Shown here: positions 36,198 through 44,014 of the stretch, piece by piece
Layout of the letters: every line of letters begins with the position of its first letter
How positions within the stretch are numbered: the first letter of the stretch is position 1
Source: Betaproteobacteria bacterium
GTDB taxonomy: Bacteria; Pseudomonadota; Gammaproteobacteria; Burkholderiales; Thiobacillaceae
Length of the DNA: 45,776 nucleotides
Assembly (NCBI GenBank): GCA_007280375.1
Contig: QYQG01000021.1
Coordinates: 1-45,776 of the forward strand
Direction: 5' to 3'
Program-made: the position numbers and the translations under genes
The notes under the pieces: generated by a model
Database searches by the model: none
Told to the model about the DNA's origin: nothing
Seen by the model: only the letters and a program-made list of their open reading frames with translations

Positions 36198-38708
36198 CTA
36201 GACACATAGAGCCGCTTTTTGTCCTCGGCCTCCGTCGGCGAGTGAGCGGCCACTCTTAGCGATCAACACCGGCCATTCGGCAAGGCCGATAAGCCGGTCG
36301 GTGGGGCTGTTGGGTAGCAGACGATTCAAGCCGCCGTGGCGTTTGCCGAGGATGATGAGGTCGGCTCCGATCTCGCGGGCGAGCGTGGCTAGGGCGTTGG
36401 CGGGTGCGCCGTGGAGGATGCGAACCTCGACGCTGACGCCTTCGGCACGCAACTCTGCGGCGGCATCCTGGGTCATTTGGGTCAGGGCTGCGGCTGAGGG
36501 CGAGCCTGCTTTGACGACCGTGGCCAGCGTCATCGGTACGCCGGTGGCGCGCGCGAGCGTGGCGGCAAGTTCTAGGACGGTAATCGCGGAGGGGTTGGCG
36601 TCATAGCCAACCAAGATGTGCCGTTGCCAGAGGCCGTGTCCGTGTGGACAGACCAAGACCGGGCAGGGGGCCTCGTCGATGAGCCGTGCGGCATGGGCGC
36701 CGACCCAGCGATCGGTCAGTCCCTTGGGCGGGGTGCGGCCGATAACGAGGATCTGGGTGTCGGCTTGGGTGGCGGCATGGATGACGGCGCGTATCGGGTC
36801 AACGCCTTCGACGATGAGGTCGTTGCAGGGAACCGCTAGGTGGGCGGCCTCGTCATGGACGAGGGAGAGGCGTAGCTGTGCCCGTTCTGGCTCCGCGCCG
36901 GGTTGCACCATGGTCATGACATCGAGGGTGACGCCCATGCGTTGGGCGAGGGCGATGGCGAGGCTGCGTGGGGCGACACTGTGGGCGTTGCCATCGGTGG
37001 CCAGCATCAGGCGCAGGCGACGGTGGCCGTCGGGCAGGACATTGCCGTGACATTCTTTGAAGATGCGTGTCTTGCAGCTACGGCAGATGTCCGGGTCTAG
37101 CGTCCAGTAGACCGCACCGGCGACATTGGAGCCGCGCGGGAAGAAGCCGCCTTCGCCGATGTCTTTGAGGTATTCGCCTTGACGCAGGAAACGGTGGATC
37201 GAGTCACGCAGGGCGTAGAAATAGAGGCCGCCGCCCATGCGCCGCCGCCGCCGTGCCTCTTGGGCCAGCATCTCGGCCCCGGCGACATCGATGAAGTTGA
37301 TCGCGGGGGCGTAGATGACGACAGTTTTGTGTTGCAGGTTATCGGTGTCGATCTGTTGCAAGGCCCCTTGGATGTGATCGACCGCGCCGAAATAGATCGA
37401 GCCGTTGAGGCGGACGAAGCGCATCTGCGGACATTCGGGGTGACCCTTGGCCTCGGTGATCTGGCAGGCGGCGGCGCCCTCTTGCCCGGCGGGGACAACG
37501 GGGACGATCTCGGGGCGCGAGGTGCGGTAGAGATACATGATGAGCGACAACAAGACCCCGGCAAAGATGCCCATCTCGAGGTTGATTAGCGTGCCGCCCA
37601 GGGTGACCCAGAGGATGATCGCTTCAGGTTTACAGGTCTGCCAGATGGCCTTGATATGGTGGAAATCGATCAGTCCCCAGGCGACGAGGAAGAGGATGCC
37701 GGCCATCGCGGCGGTGGGGAGATAGGCGGCGAGCGGCGCGACGAGGAGCAGGATGATGACGAGGAAGACGGCGGCGAAGACGGTGGCCAACGGGGTGCGT
37801 GCGCCGGCCTCAAAGTTGACGCCACTGCGGTTGAACGAACCGGAACTGGCGTAGCCGGAGAAGAAGCTGCCGACCAAGTTGGAGAGGCCTTGACCGACGA
37901 ATTCTTGGTTGCCATCGATGCGTTGTTCGGTCTTGCTGGCGATGGAGCGTGAGATGGATACGGCCTCGGTGAGGGCTAATAAGGTGATGACCAGCGCGGG
38001 CATGGCGGTTTGTTTGAGGGCGTCGATGGAGAAATCGGGCAGGGATAGCGGCGGCAGGCCGGCGGGGAGTGCGCCCACGGTCTTGATGCCGGTGATCGCT
38101 TCGCCGCCAAAGAAGATATTTAGGCCGGCGGCGACAACGCTGCTGACGATCATGGCGGCGATCATGTAAGGGAATTTGGGGACGAATCTGCGCGCCAAGA
38201 GACCCGTGACTAAGGTGAGCGCACCGATGCCCAGCACAAAGGGGTTGATGGCCGCGAACTGGACGACGAGCTGATGCAGGGTCTCGTAGAACGGCGTGCC
38301 GCGCGGGATGGGGATGCCAGTGAAGTTTTTGATCTGGCTGCCGGCAATCAACACGGCGGCGCCGGCGGTAAAGCCGATCACCACGGTGTGCGAGATGAAG
38401 TTGACCAAGGCGCCCATACGCGCCAGACCGAGGATGAGTTGATAAAGGCCGACCAGAAAGGTGAGGGTCAAGACAAGCTGGATGTATTCGCCGCTACCCG
38501 GTTCGGCGAGGCTGTGCAGGGCGGCGAAGATGGCGATGGAGATCGCCGTGGTGGGGCCGGATACGAGGTGCCAGCTCGACCCGAACAGGGCGGCGATGAT
38601 GGCCGGCACCATGGCGGCGTAGAGGCCAAATTGCGGCGGCAGGCCGGCGATGGTGGCGAAGGCCACGCCTTGCGGTAGGACGATCATCGCCCCGGTCAGC
38701 CCGGCCAT
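36198..38708 (-). CDS. SulP-family anion transporter fused to STAS plus two tandem universal-stress-protein (USP) domains (copy 2). The native start is unresolved.
   Basis: 836 aa from the first ATG. It has a SulP core (AGLTGAMIVLPQGVAFATIAGLP..., VGALPAGLPPLSLP), a STAS segment (RFVRLNGSIYFGAVDHI) and two USP-like modules (LRLMLATDGNAHS...PVLVCP and HILVGYDANPS...WPVLIAK). SulP-like coding continues upstream of the ATG to 38819. Confidence 0.85.
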   Translation of the reverse strand: MAGLTGAMIVLPQGVAFATIAGLPPQFGLYAAMVPAIIAALFGSSWHLVSGPTTAISIAIFAALHSLAEPGSGEYIQLVLTLTFLVGLYQLILGLARMGALVNFISHTVVIGFTAGAAVLIAGSQIKNFTGIPIPRGTPFYETLHQLVVQFAAINPFVLGIGALTLVTGLLARRFVPKFPYMIAAMIVSSVVAAGLNIFFGGEAITGIKTVGALPAGLPPLSLPDFSIDALKQTAMPALVITLLALTEAVSISRSIASKTEQRIDGNQEFVGQGLSNLVGSFFSGYASSGSFNRSGVNFEAGARTPLATVFAAVFLVIILLLVAPLAAYLPTAAMAGILFLVAWGLIDFHHIKAIWQTCKPEAIILWVTLGGTLINLEMGIFAGVLLSLIMYLYRTSRPEIVPVVPAGQEGAAACQITEAKGHPECPQMRFVRLNGSIYFGAVDHIQGALQQIDTDNLQHKTVVIYAPAINFIDVAGAEMLAQEARRRRRMGGGLYFYALRDSIHRFLRQGEYLKDIGEGGFFPRGSNVAGAVYWTLDPDICRSCKTRIFKECHGNVLPDGHRRLRLMLATDGNAHSVAPRSLAIALAQRMGVTLDVMTMVQPGAEPERAQLRLSLVHDEAAHLAVPCNDLIVEGVDPIRAVIHAATQADTQILVIGRTPPKGLTDRWVGAHAARLIDEAPCPVLVCPHGHGLWQRHILVGYDANPSAITVLELAATLARATGVPMTLATVVKAGSPSAAALTQMTQDAAAELRAEGVSVEVRILHGAPANALATLAREIGADLIILGKRHGGLNRLLPNSPTDRLIGLAEWPVLIAKSGRSLADGGRGQKAALCV

Positions 38709-38861
38709 CGCGTCGTCGCGCAGGGTGGCGCGGTTGACCTGTGGCCACCATAGGCGATAGGCGACAAAGGGGCGGAGCCAAGCGGGGGTATGTGGGCGGG
38801 AAAAAGATAACCTTAAAGATCACCTTGGTATTCTACGCCAACGAACACACCGCCTGTCATT

Positions 38862-38884
38862 GTAGGAGCGGGCTTGCCCGCGAA
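38862..38884. repeat. REP-type palindromic element, copy B (inverted relative to copy A)
   Basis: GTAGGAGCGGGCTTGCCCGCGAA is a 23/23 reverse-complement match to 36156-36178. Confidence 0.85.
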
Positions 38885-38891
38885 AACACGC

Positions 38892-40157
38892 CTAGCTCGG
38901 ATGCCAGCCCACGGTAAGCAACATGATGAAGAAGCCGATGACATAGGCGACGGCGATATGCCAACCGTGGCGTAACCACAAGCCCACCGAGCGTGCCTCG
39001 GGGAAGATGCTGGATAAGGCGACGCCAGCGGAGGAGCCGAACCAGATCATCGAGCCACCAAAGCCGACCGCATAGGCGAGCACGCCCCAGTCATAGCCGC
39101 CCTGCGTTAAGGCCAGCGCGGTGAGCGGGATGTTGTCGAACACGGCGGAGACAAAACCTAGGCCAAAGGCGGTCTCCCAGGCGGCCACGGGGAGTTTTTC
39201 GACCGGCATCATCGAGGCGCAGAGCACTAGGGAAAGCAGGAACACGCTGCCCTTGAAGGCCTCGGGGAGGAGACTCCATTCGGGTCGTTTGAAAGGGGTG
39301 GCGGCCAAGAGTGCGACCCAGACGGCGACGCCGATGAAGGGAAAGGCCGTGGCGATGTTCGAATATTGGGTGTTGACGACGATGTTGGCGCCGATGGCAG
39401 CGGCGAGGATGAGGCCGACAACCCCGATGCGCCCCCAGTCTATGCTCAGGTTGGAGGTGTCGCTGGCGTGGATGGGGGCATAACGGGCCTGTTGCTTGGC
39501 CGCGATGATGCCGAAGATAAACAGCGCCGGGATGGCGGCGACATAGGCGTGCAGCACCTCCATGGGGCCGATGCCGCTGATCCACATCATGGTGGTGGTG
39601 GTATCGCCGACGACGGATCCCGAGCCGCCGGCGTTGGAGGCGGCGACGATGGCGGCGAGATAGCCAATATGGACCCGGCGCCGGTACACCGTGGCCGCGA
39701 CGGTGGCGCCAATCAAGGCGGCGGCGATGTTGTCCAGAAAGGAGGACAGCACGAAGATCATGATGAGAAGGACGAAGCCGCCACGCCAGTCGCCGGGCAG
39801 ATAGCGCGGGATAATGGCGGGGATGCCAGATTCTTCAAAGTGACGGGCCAATAGGGAAAAGCCGAGCAGCAAGCCGAGCAGATTGGCGATTGTGACCCAT
39901 TCGTGGCCGAGGTGAGTGAATAGGCCCTCTAGCCCGGTGATGCCGCGAAAGTCGGTGAAGCCGAGTTTGTAGAGGATGATGCTGGCCAGCCCAGTGAGCG
40001 CGACATAGAGGGTGGAATGGTGGAAGACGGCTACGCCCAACAGGGTAAGGGCGAAGAAGATGAAATCGATCGGGATGCCCGCGAGTTCGGGGCCGGTGGC
40101 GGCCAGCGCCGGCAGCGGTAAGCACAGTAAAACCAGACAAAGAGAGACGCGATTCAT
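38892..40157 (-). CDS. nhaD: NhaD/ArsB-superfamily permease, probable NhaD-type Na+/H+ antiporter
   Basis: The ORF track extends to 40454. A plausible start is ATG 40157 (MNRVSLCLVLLCLPLPALAATG...). 421 aa, polytopic, with FFALTLLGVAVFHHSTLYVALTGLA resembling the NhaD N-terminus as I recall it. Confidence 0.65.
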   Translation of the reverse strand: MNRVSLCLVLLCLPLPALAATGPELAGIPIDFIFFALTLLGVAVFHHSTLYVALTGLASIILYKLGFTDFRGITGLEGLFTHLGHEWVTIANLLGLLLGFSLLARHFEESGIPAIIPRYLPGDWRGGFVLLIMIFVLSSFLDNIAAALIGATVAATVYRRRVHIGYLAAIVAASNAGGSGSVVGDTTTTMMWISGIGPMEVLHAYVAAIPALFIFGIIAAKQQARYAPIHASDTSNLSIDWGRIGVVGLILAAAIGANIVVNTQYSNIATAFPFIGVAVWVALLAATPFKRPEWSLLPEAFKGSVFLLSLVLCASMMPVEKLPVAAWETAFGLGFVSAVFDNIPLTALALTQGGYDWGVLAYAVGFGGSMIWFGSSAGVALSSIFPEARSVGLWLRHGWHIAVAYVIGFFIMLLTVGWHPS

Positions 40158-40272
40158 GGGGTATCTATAAGCGATATGAGGGTGTAATAGGGGGTTAATT
40201 CTAGCCACTTCGAGGCGCGGCTGGCGTAAAATAAACCTATCCCCACCGCCTGTATGCCCTTCGGAGGACACT

Positions 40273-40692
40273 ATGTTTAGACAGCTTGTACCCATTGATG
40301 GTTCTGATTCCGCGTACCGCGCTCTGCGTTTTGTGTGTGCCGGCCCCTGTGATGATACCGAGATCCATGTGCTCAATGTCCAAGAACCTATCGTGGACTG
40401 GGAGGTGCGTCGTTTTATGCGCGATGACGAGATCGAGGCGATGTTACGCGCCAAGGCCGAAACCTTCTTGGCCGAGGCCGAGGCGATAGCGGTTGCGGCG
40501 GGGCGGCGCGTCGTGCGTCATCTCTACCTAGGTGAAACCGCGCACGGCATCGCCGAGCAGGCTAAGGCCTTGGCCTGCGATCAGATTGTCATGGGGTCGC
40601 GCGGCATGAGCGCCTTGCAGGGCATGCTGTTAGGCTCGATCTCGAGCAAGGTCTTGCATCTGGTGGACATCCCCGTGACGCTGGTGAAATAG
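40273..40692 (+). CDS. Universal stress protein (UspA family)
   Basis: 139 aa with GGAGGA SD. ...QIVMGSRGMSALQGMLLGSISSKVLHLVDIPVTLVK is a typical USP C-terminal ATP-binding motif. Confidence 0.9.
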   Translation: MFRQLVPIDGSDSAYRALRFVCAGPCDDTEIHVLNVQEPIVDWEVRRFMRDDEIEAMLRAKAETFLAEAEAIAVAAGRRVVRHLYLGETAHGIAEQAKALACDQIVMGSRGMSALQGMLLGSISSKVLHLVDIPVTLVK

Positions 40693-40694
40693 CG

Positions 40695-41751
40695 ATGCAT
40701 ACGCTCCCCATACAGCAACGGATCGAGTGGTTGTTTGACCTAGCCTATCGGCACGCGGATGAGTTTGTGATGCCGGAGGCCTTCTTGGCACGCAAGCGTT
40801 ATCTGGCCGAACACCCAACGGCGATCTTGGTGCTTAAGTGCATGGATGGGCGTATCAATATTCCGATCGCGACCAATACGCCCGCAGGCATTATTCAGCC
40901 CTTTCGAAACTTGGGCGGGATGTTTAACCTTGGTTGGCCGCATCTGGGGGAGACGCTGGCCGATGCGGTCAATAAGTCGGTGAATCGTGGTCGCCGTAGT
41001 CTGATCATGATTACCTATCACTACTCTAAGGGTAGCGAGCGTCGCGGCTGTGCGGGGTTTAACTACTGCACAGATGCGGCGCGCGCACACCTTTGAGATC
41101 AAGGCGCAAGTGGAATCGCTCTTTGGTGATGCGCATGGTACGGTGTATCCGTTGGTGTGCGGGTTTGAGACCGATGAGGATGCCATTATCTTGCATGGCG
41201 TGACGGGCGAGTTGCTGAACATGAGCGATGTCAGTGCTCAAGGTGCGGCGGGGCGCGAGGGGTTGCCGGCGCAGGTGCTGCGCCTCTTCCCGGACATGCC
41301 GACGCAGGTGCGCGTCGACTTGTTGCCCTTGCTGCTGGGCAATCTTGATCACATCGCTGAGGTGCGTCAGGCGGCGCGGCCTTTGGCGGTCGAGCACCGC
41401 GAATGGATGATTTGCGTGGGCCGCGGCTTTGATTGGTTGCACATGCCGAATCTGGCCCTCATCATCGGTCCCTATAGCCCAGATCTGGCGGACCCGATTC
41501 GTAAGGCGGCGGGCATCATCGAGGCCAATATGCAGGCGGGACGCATCCCTGACGATGGTTTTTTGTTATTGGCCTCTGCGCCTTATGACGAGGTGGGCGT
41601 CGATCGTGCCCGCGCCGTACTGAAGGCGCGTTTTATGGGCGAGTTTGCCGCTGAGGTAATCCAGGCATCGCATCCGGCGGTCGCGGCCAAGATGACGCGC
41701 AAAACGGGCGTTCTGAACTGGGGGACGCGATCCTTGGAGGTGTTTCGTTAA
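40695..41751 (+). pseudogene. CsoSCA-like protein, paralog 2, interrupted by a frameshift at ~41079-41090
   Basis: Two ORFs (40695..41096 and 41050..41751) together align end-to-end with paralog 1 at 19946-20995. The frames switch at DAARAH|TFEIKAQ, inside a (GC)4(AC)2 tract. Confidence 0.8.
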
Positions 41752-41853
41752 GAATTTGATGGCCGCTTTAGTGGTACACTGCGTCAAAATTCAGCCTGTC
41801 GGCGCGTGTGTTGGCGCACGAAATTATTTATCAATCTAAAAATAGCCTATAAA

Positions 41854-43992
41854 ATGAACGGTTTTTCTCGTTACCTCCCTTTTGTGAAATGGTTTCCGCT
41901 GGACAAGGACACCTTGAAATTTGATTTCTTGGCGGGGATTACCGTTGCCTTGATTATCATCCCGCAGTCGATGGCGTATGCCCAATTGGCGGGGATGCCA
42001 GCCTATTACGGCCTTTATGCCGCGTTTTTGCCGGTCGCCGTCGCAGCGTTGTTTGGGTCGAGTAATTTTTTAGGCACGGGCCCGGTCGCGGTGGTGTCGT
42101 TGTTGACCGCGTCGTCGCTGGCCCCGTTGGCCGCGCCTGGCTCAGAACAGTTTATCGCCTTGGCTATCTTGCTGGCTTTGCTGGTGGGTCTCGTTCAGAT
42201 CACCTTGGGCGTGTTCAAGCTGGGTGTTGTGGTCAACTTTCTGTCGCATCCGGTCATTGTGGGATTCACTAATGCGGCGGCGATCATCATCGGTTTGTCA
42301 CAGGTGTCCAAGTTGTTTGGGGTGCCGATGGGTCGCTCCGAGCATTTTCTGAACGACATCTGGGGCGTGTTTGCGCAGATTGGCGATACGCACCTGCCCA
42401 CCTTGGCGATGGGCGCGTTGGCGATCGCGTTGATGTGGGGGATGAAGCGATTCGTGCCTAAATGGCCGGGGGTCTTGGTGGCGGTAGTGGTCACGACAGC
42501 CCTGTCGTGGGGAATGGGGTTTGAGAAAAACATGCCGGGGACCACCGCGCAGATCATGAGCCCCGATCTGGCGGTGAGGGTCAACGAGGTTTATCGCGCG
42601 CAACAAGAACAGCACCGCGTGACTGAGCATAAATCACGCCTCAGCGCGGCCTTGACCTACGCGCGTAAGCACGAGAAGGTCGAGAGCGTAGAGACGGCGC
42701 GTGTGGCGTACGATTTAGAATTGGCGGAGATCGCCTTGCTGAAGGCCGAGGCAGAGACCGCATTACTCAAAAAGAGCCTGCGCCAGACATGGGTGGTGCG
42801 GGTTAAGGATGGCGTAGGCGGCACGGCAATCTATCTTGCCGATCATGCGCCTGCTGACCGGCAGACCGATGGCTATCGCTATCGTATCCGGTCTATCCAA
42901 GGGGATGGTTTCCAGTTGGTCGGTGGCGGCGAGGTGGTGGGTGCCGTGCCCGAGGGTCTGCCGGCGATGGCGATGCCCGACCTTAACTGGGATGCGCTGG
43001 CCTCTTTGTTGTCGGCGGCGATCGTCATTTCCTTGGTGGGCTTTATGGAGGCGATCTCAATCGCTAAGGCCTTGGCAACTAAGGCCAAACAAAAGGTCGA
43101 TCCTAATCAAGAGTTGATCGGTCAGGGCTTGGCCAATATCGTCGGCGGTTTTACGCAGGCGTTTCCGGTGTCAGGTTCGTTTTCGCGCTCGGCGGTTAAT
43201 TTTGACGCAGGCGCTAAGACCGGGATGGCGGCGGTGATTACGGCGGTGTTTGTGTTGATTGCCTTGTTGTTTTTGACCCCCTTGCTCTATCACCTGCCGC
43301 AGGCGGTGTTGGCCGCAATCATTATCATGGCGGTGGCGGGCTTGGTGAACTTCGAGGCGGTCAAGCATGCATGGCAGGCGAGTCGGCATGACGGGGTGGC
43401 GGCAATCGTGACCTTTGTTGCAACGATGTTGGTGGCGCCGCATCTGGACAAGGGCATTATGGTCGGTGCCGGATTGGCGATTTTGCTTTTTCTCTATCGC
43501 ACCATGACCCCGCGTGTGGCTATTTTGGGTCGTTACCACGATGGCACGCTGCGTGATATTAAGGTCAATCCTAATCTGGCAACCAGTAAACATGTTGTGG
43601 CGATGCGTTTTGATGGTTCGCTTTATTTTGCCAATGTCGCCCATTTTGAGGATGCGGTGTTGGAGGTGGTGGCCGATCATAAGGAGGCAACATTTATCCT
43701 CGTTGTCGGTGATGCCATCAACCAACTCGATGCCTCGGGTGAAGAGGTCGTGCATCACCTTGTCGATCGTCTCCGCGAATCGGGTATCGAGTTGATCTTC
43801 TCTGGTCTAAAGAAACAGGTTCTTGATGTTATGCGACAGACGCATCTGTTCGATCTGATCGGCGGGGGGAACATCTTTGCTACGGAGAATCAAGCCTTGG
43901 CGGCAATCTACGAGCGACTTGGCGCAGACGCGGCCGATGACCTGCTCTGTCCGTTGCCCTCACCGTGGGGGCAAACCGCATCGCATTCATGA
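41854..43992 (+). CDS. SulP-family anion transporter with STAS domain and a ~130-aa insertion in an extramembrane loop (copy 3)
   Basis: I place the start at ATG 41854 (MNGFSRYLPFVKWFPLDKDTLKFDFLAGITVALIIIPQSMAYA). The SulP core and STAS domain (VVAMRFDGSLYFANVAHFED) are present. Residues ~226-357 have no counterpart in copies 1 and 2. Confidence 0.88.
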   Translation: MNGFSRYLPFVKWFPLDKDTLKFDFLAGITVALIIIPQSMAYAQLAGMPAYYGLYAAFLPVAVAALFGSSNFLGTGPVAVVSLLTASSLAPLAAPGSEQFIALAILLALLVGLVQITLGVFKLGVVVNFLSHPVIVGFTNAAAIIIGLSQVSKLFGVPMGRSEHFLNDIWGVFAQIGDTHLPTLAMGALAIALMWGMKRFVPKWPGVLVAVVVTTALSWGMGFEKNMPGTTAQIMSPDLAVRVNEVYRAQQEQHRVTEHKSRLSAALTYARKHEKVESVETARVAYDLELAEIALLKAEAETALLKKSLRQTWVVRVKDGVGGTAIYLADHAPADRQTDGYRYRIRSIQGDGFQLVGGGEVVGAVPEGLPAMAMPDLNWDALASLLSAAIVISLVGFMEAISIAKALATKAKQKVDPNQELIGQGLANIVGGFTQAFPVSGSFSRSAVNFDAGAKTGMAAVITAVFVLIALLFLTPLLYHLPQAVLAAIIIMAVAGLVNFEAVKHAWQASRHDGVAAIVTFVATMLVAPHLDKGIMVGAGLAILLFLYRTMTPRVAILGRYHDGTLRDIKVNPNLATSKHVVAMRFDGSLYFANVAHFEDAVLEVVADHKEATFILVVGDAINQLDASGEEVVHHLVDRLRESGIELIFSGLKKQVLDVMRQTHLFDLIGGGNIFATENQALAAIYERLGADAADDLLCPLPSPWGQTASHS

Positions 43993-44014
43993 GGCGGCGG
44001 GTTAGAACACGATA

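Noticed and set aside
40158-40454. 99-codon N-terminal extension of the NhaD-like gene
   Set aside because: The extension is hydrophilic, Ser/Arg-rich and overlaps the divergent usp promoter and start. A signal-like MNRVSLCLVLL start at 40157 gives a normal-length permease.
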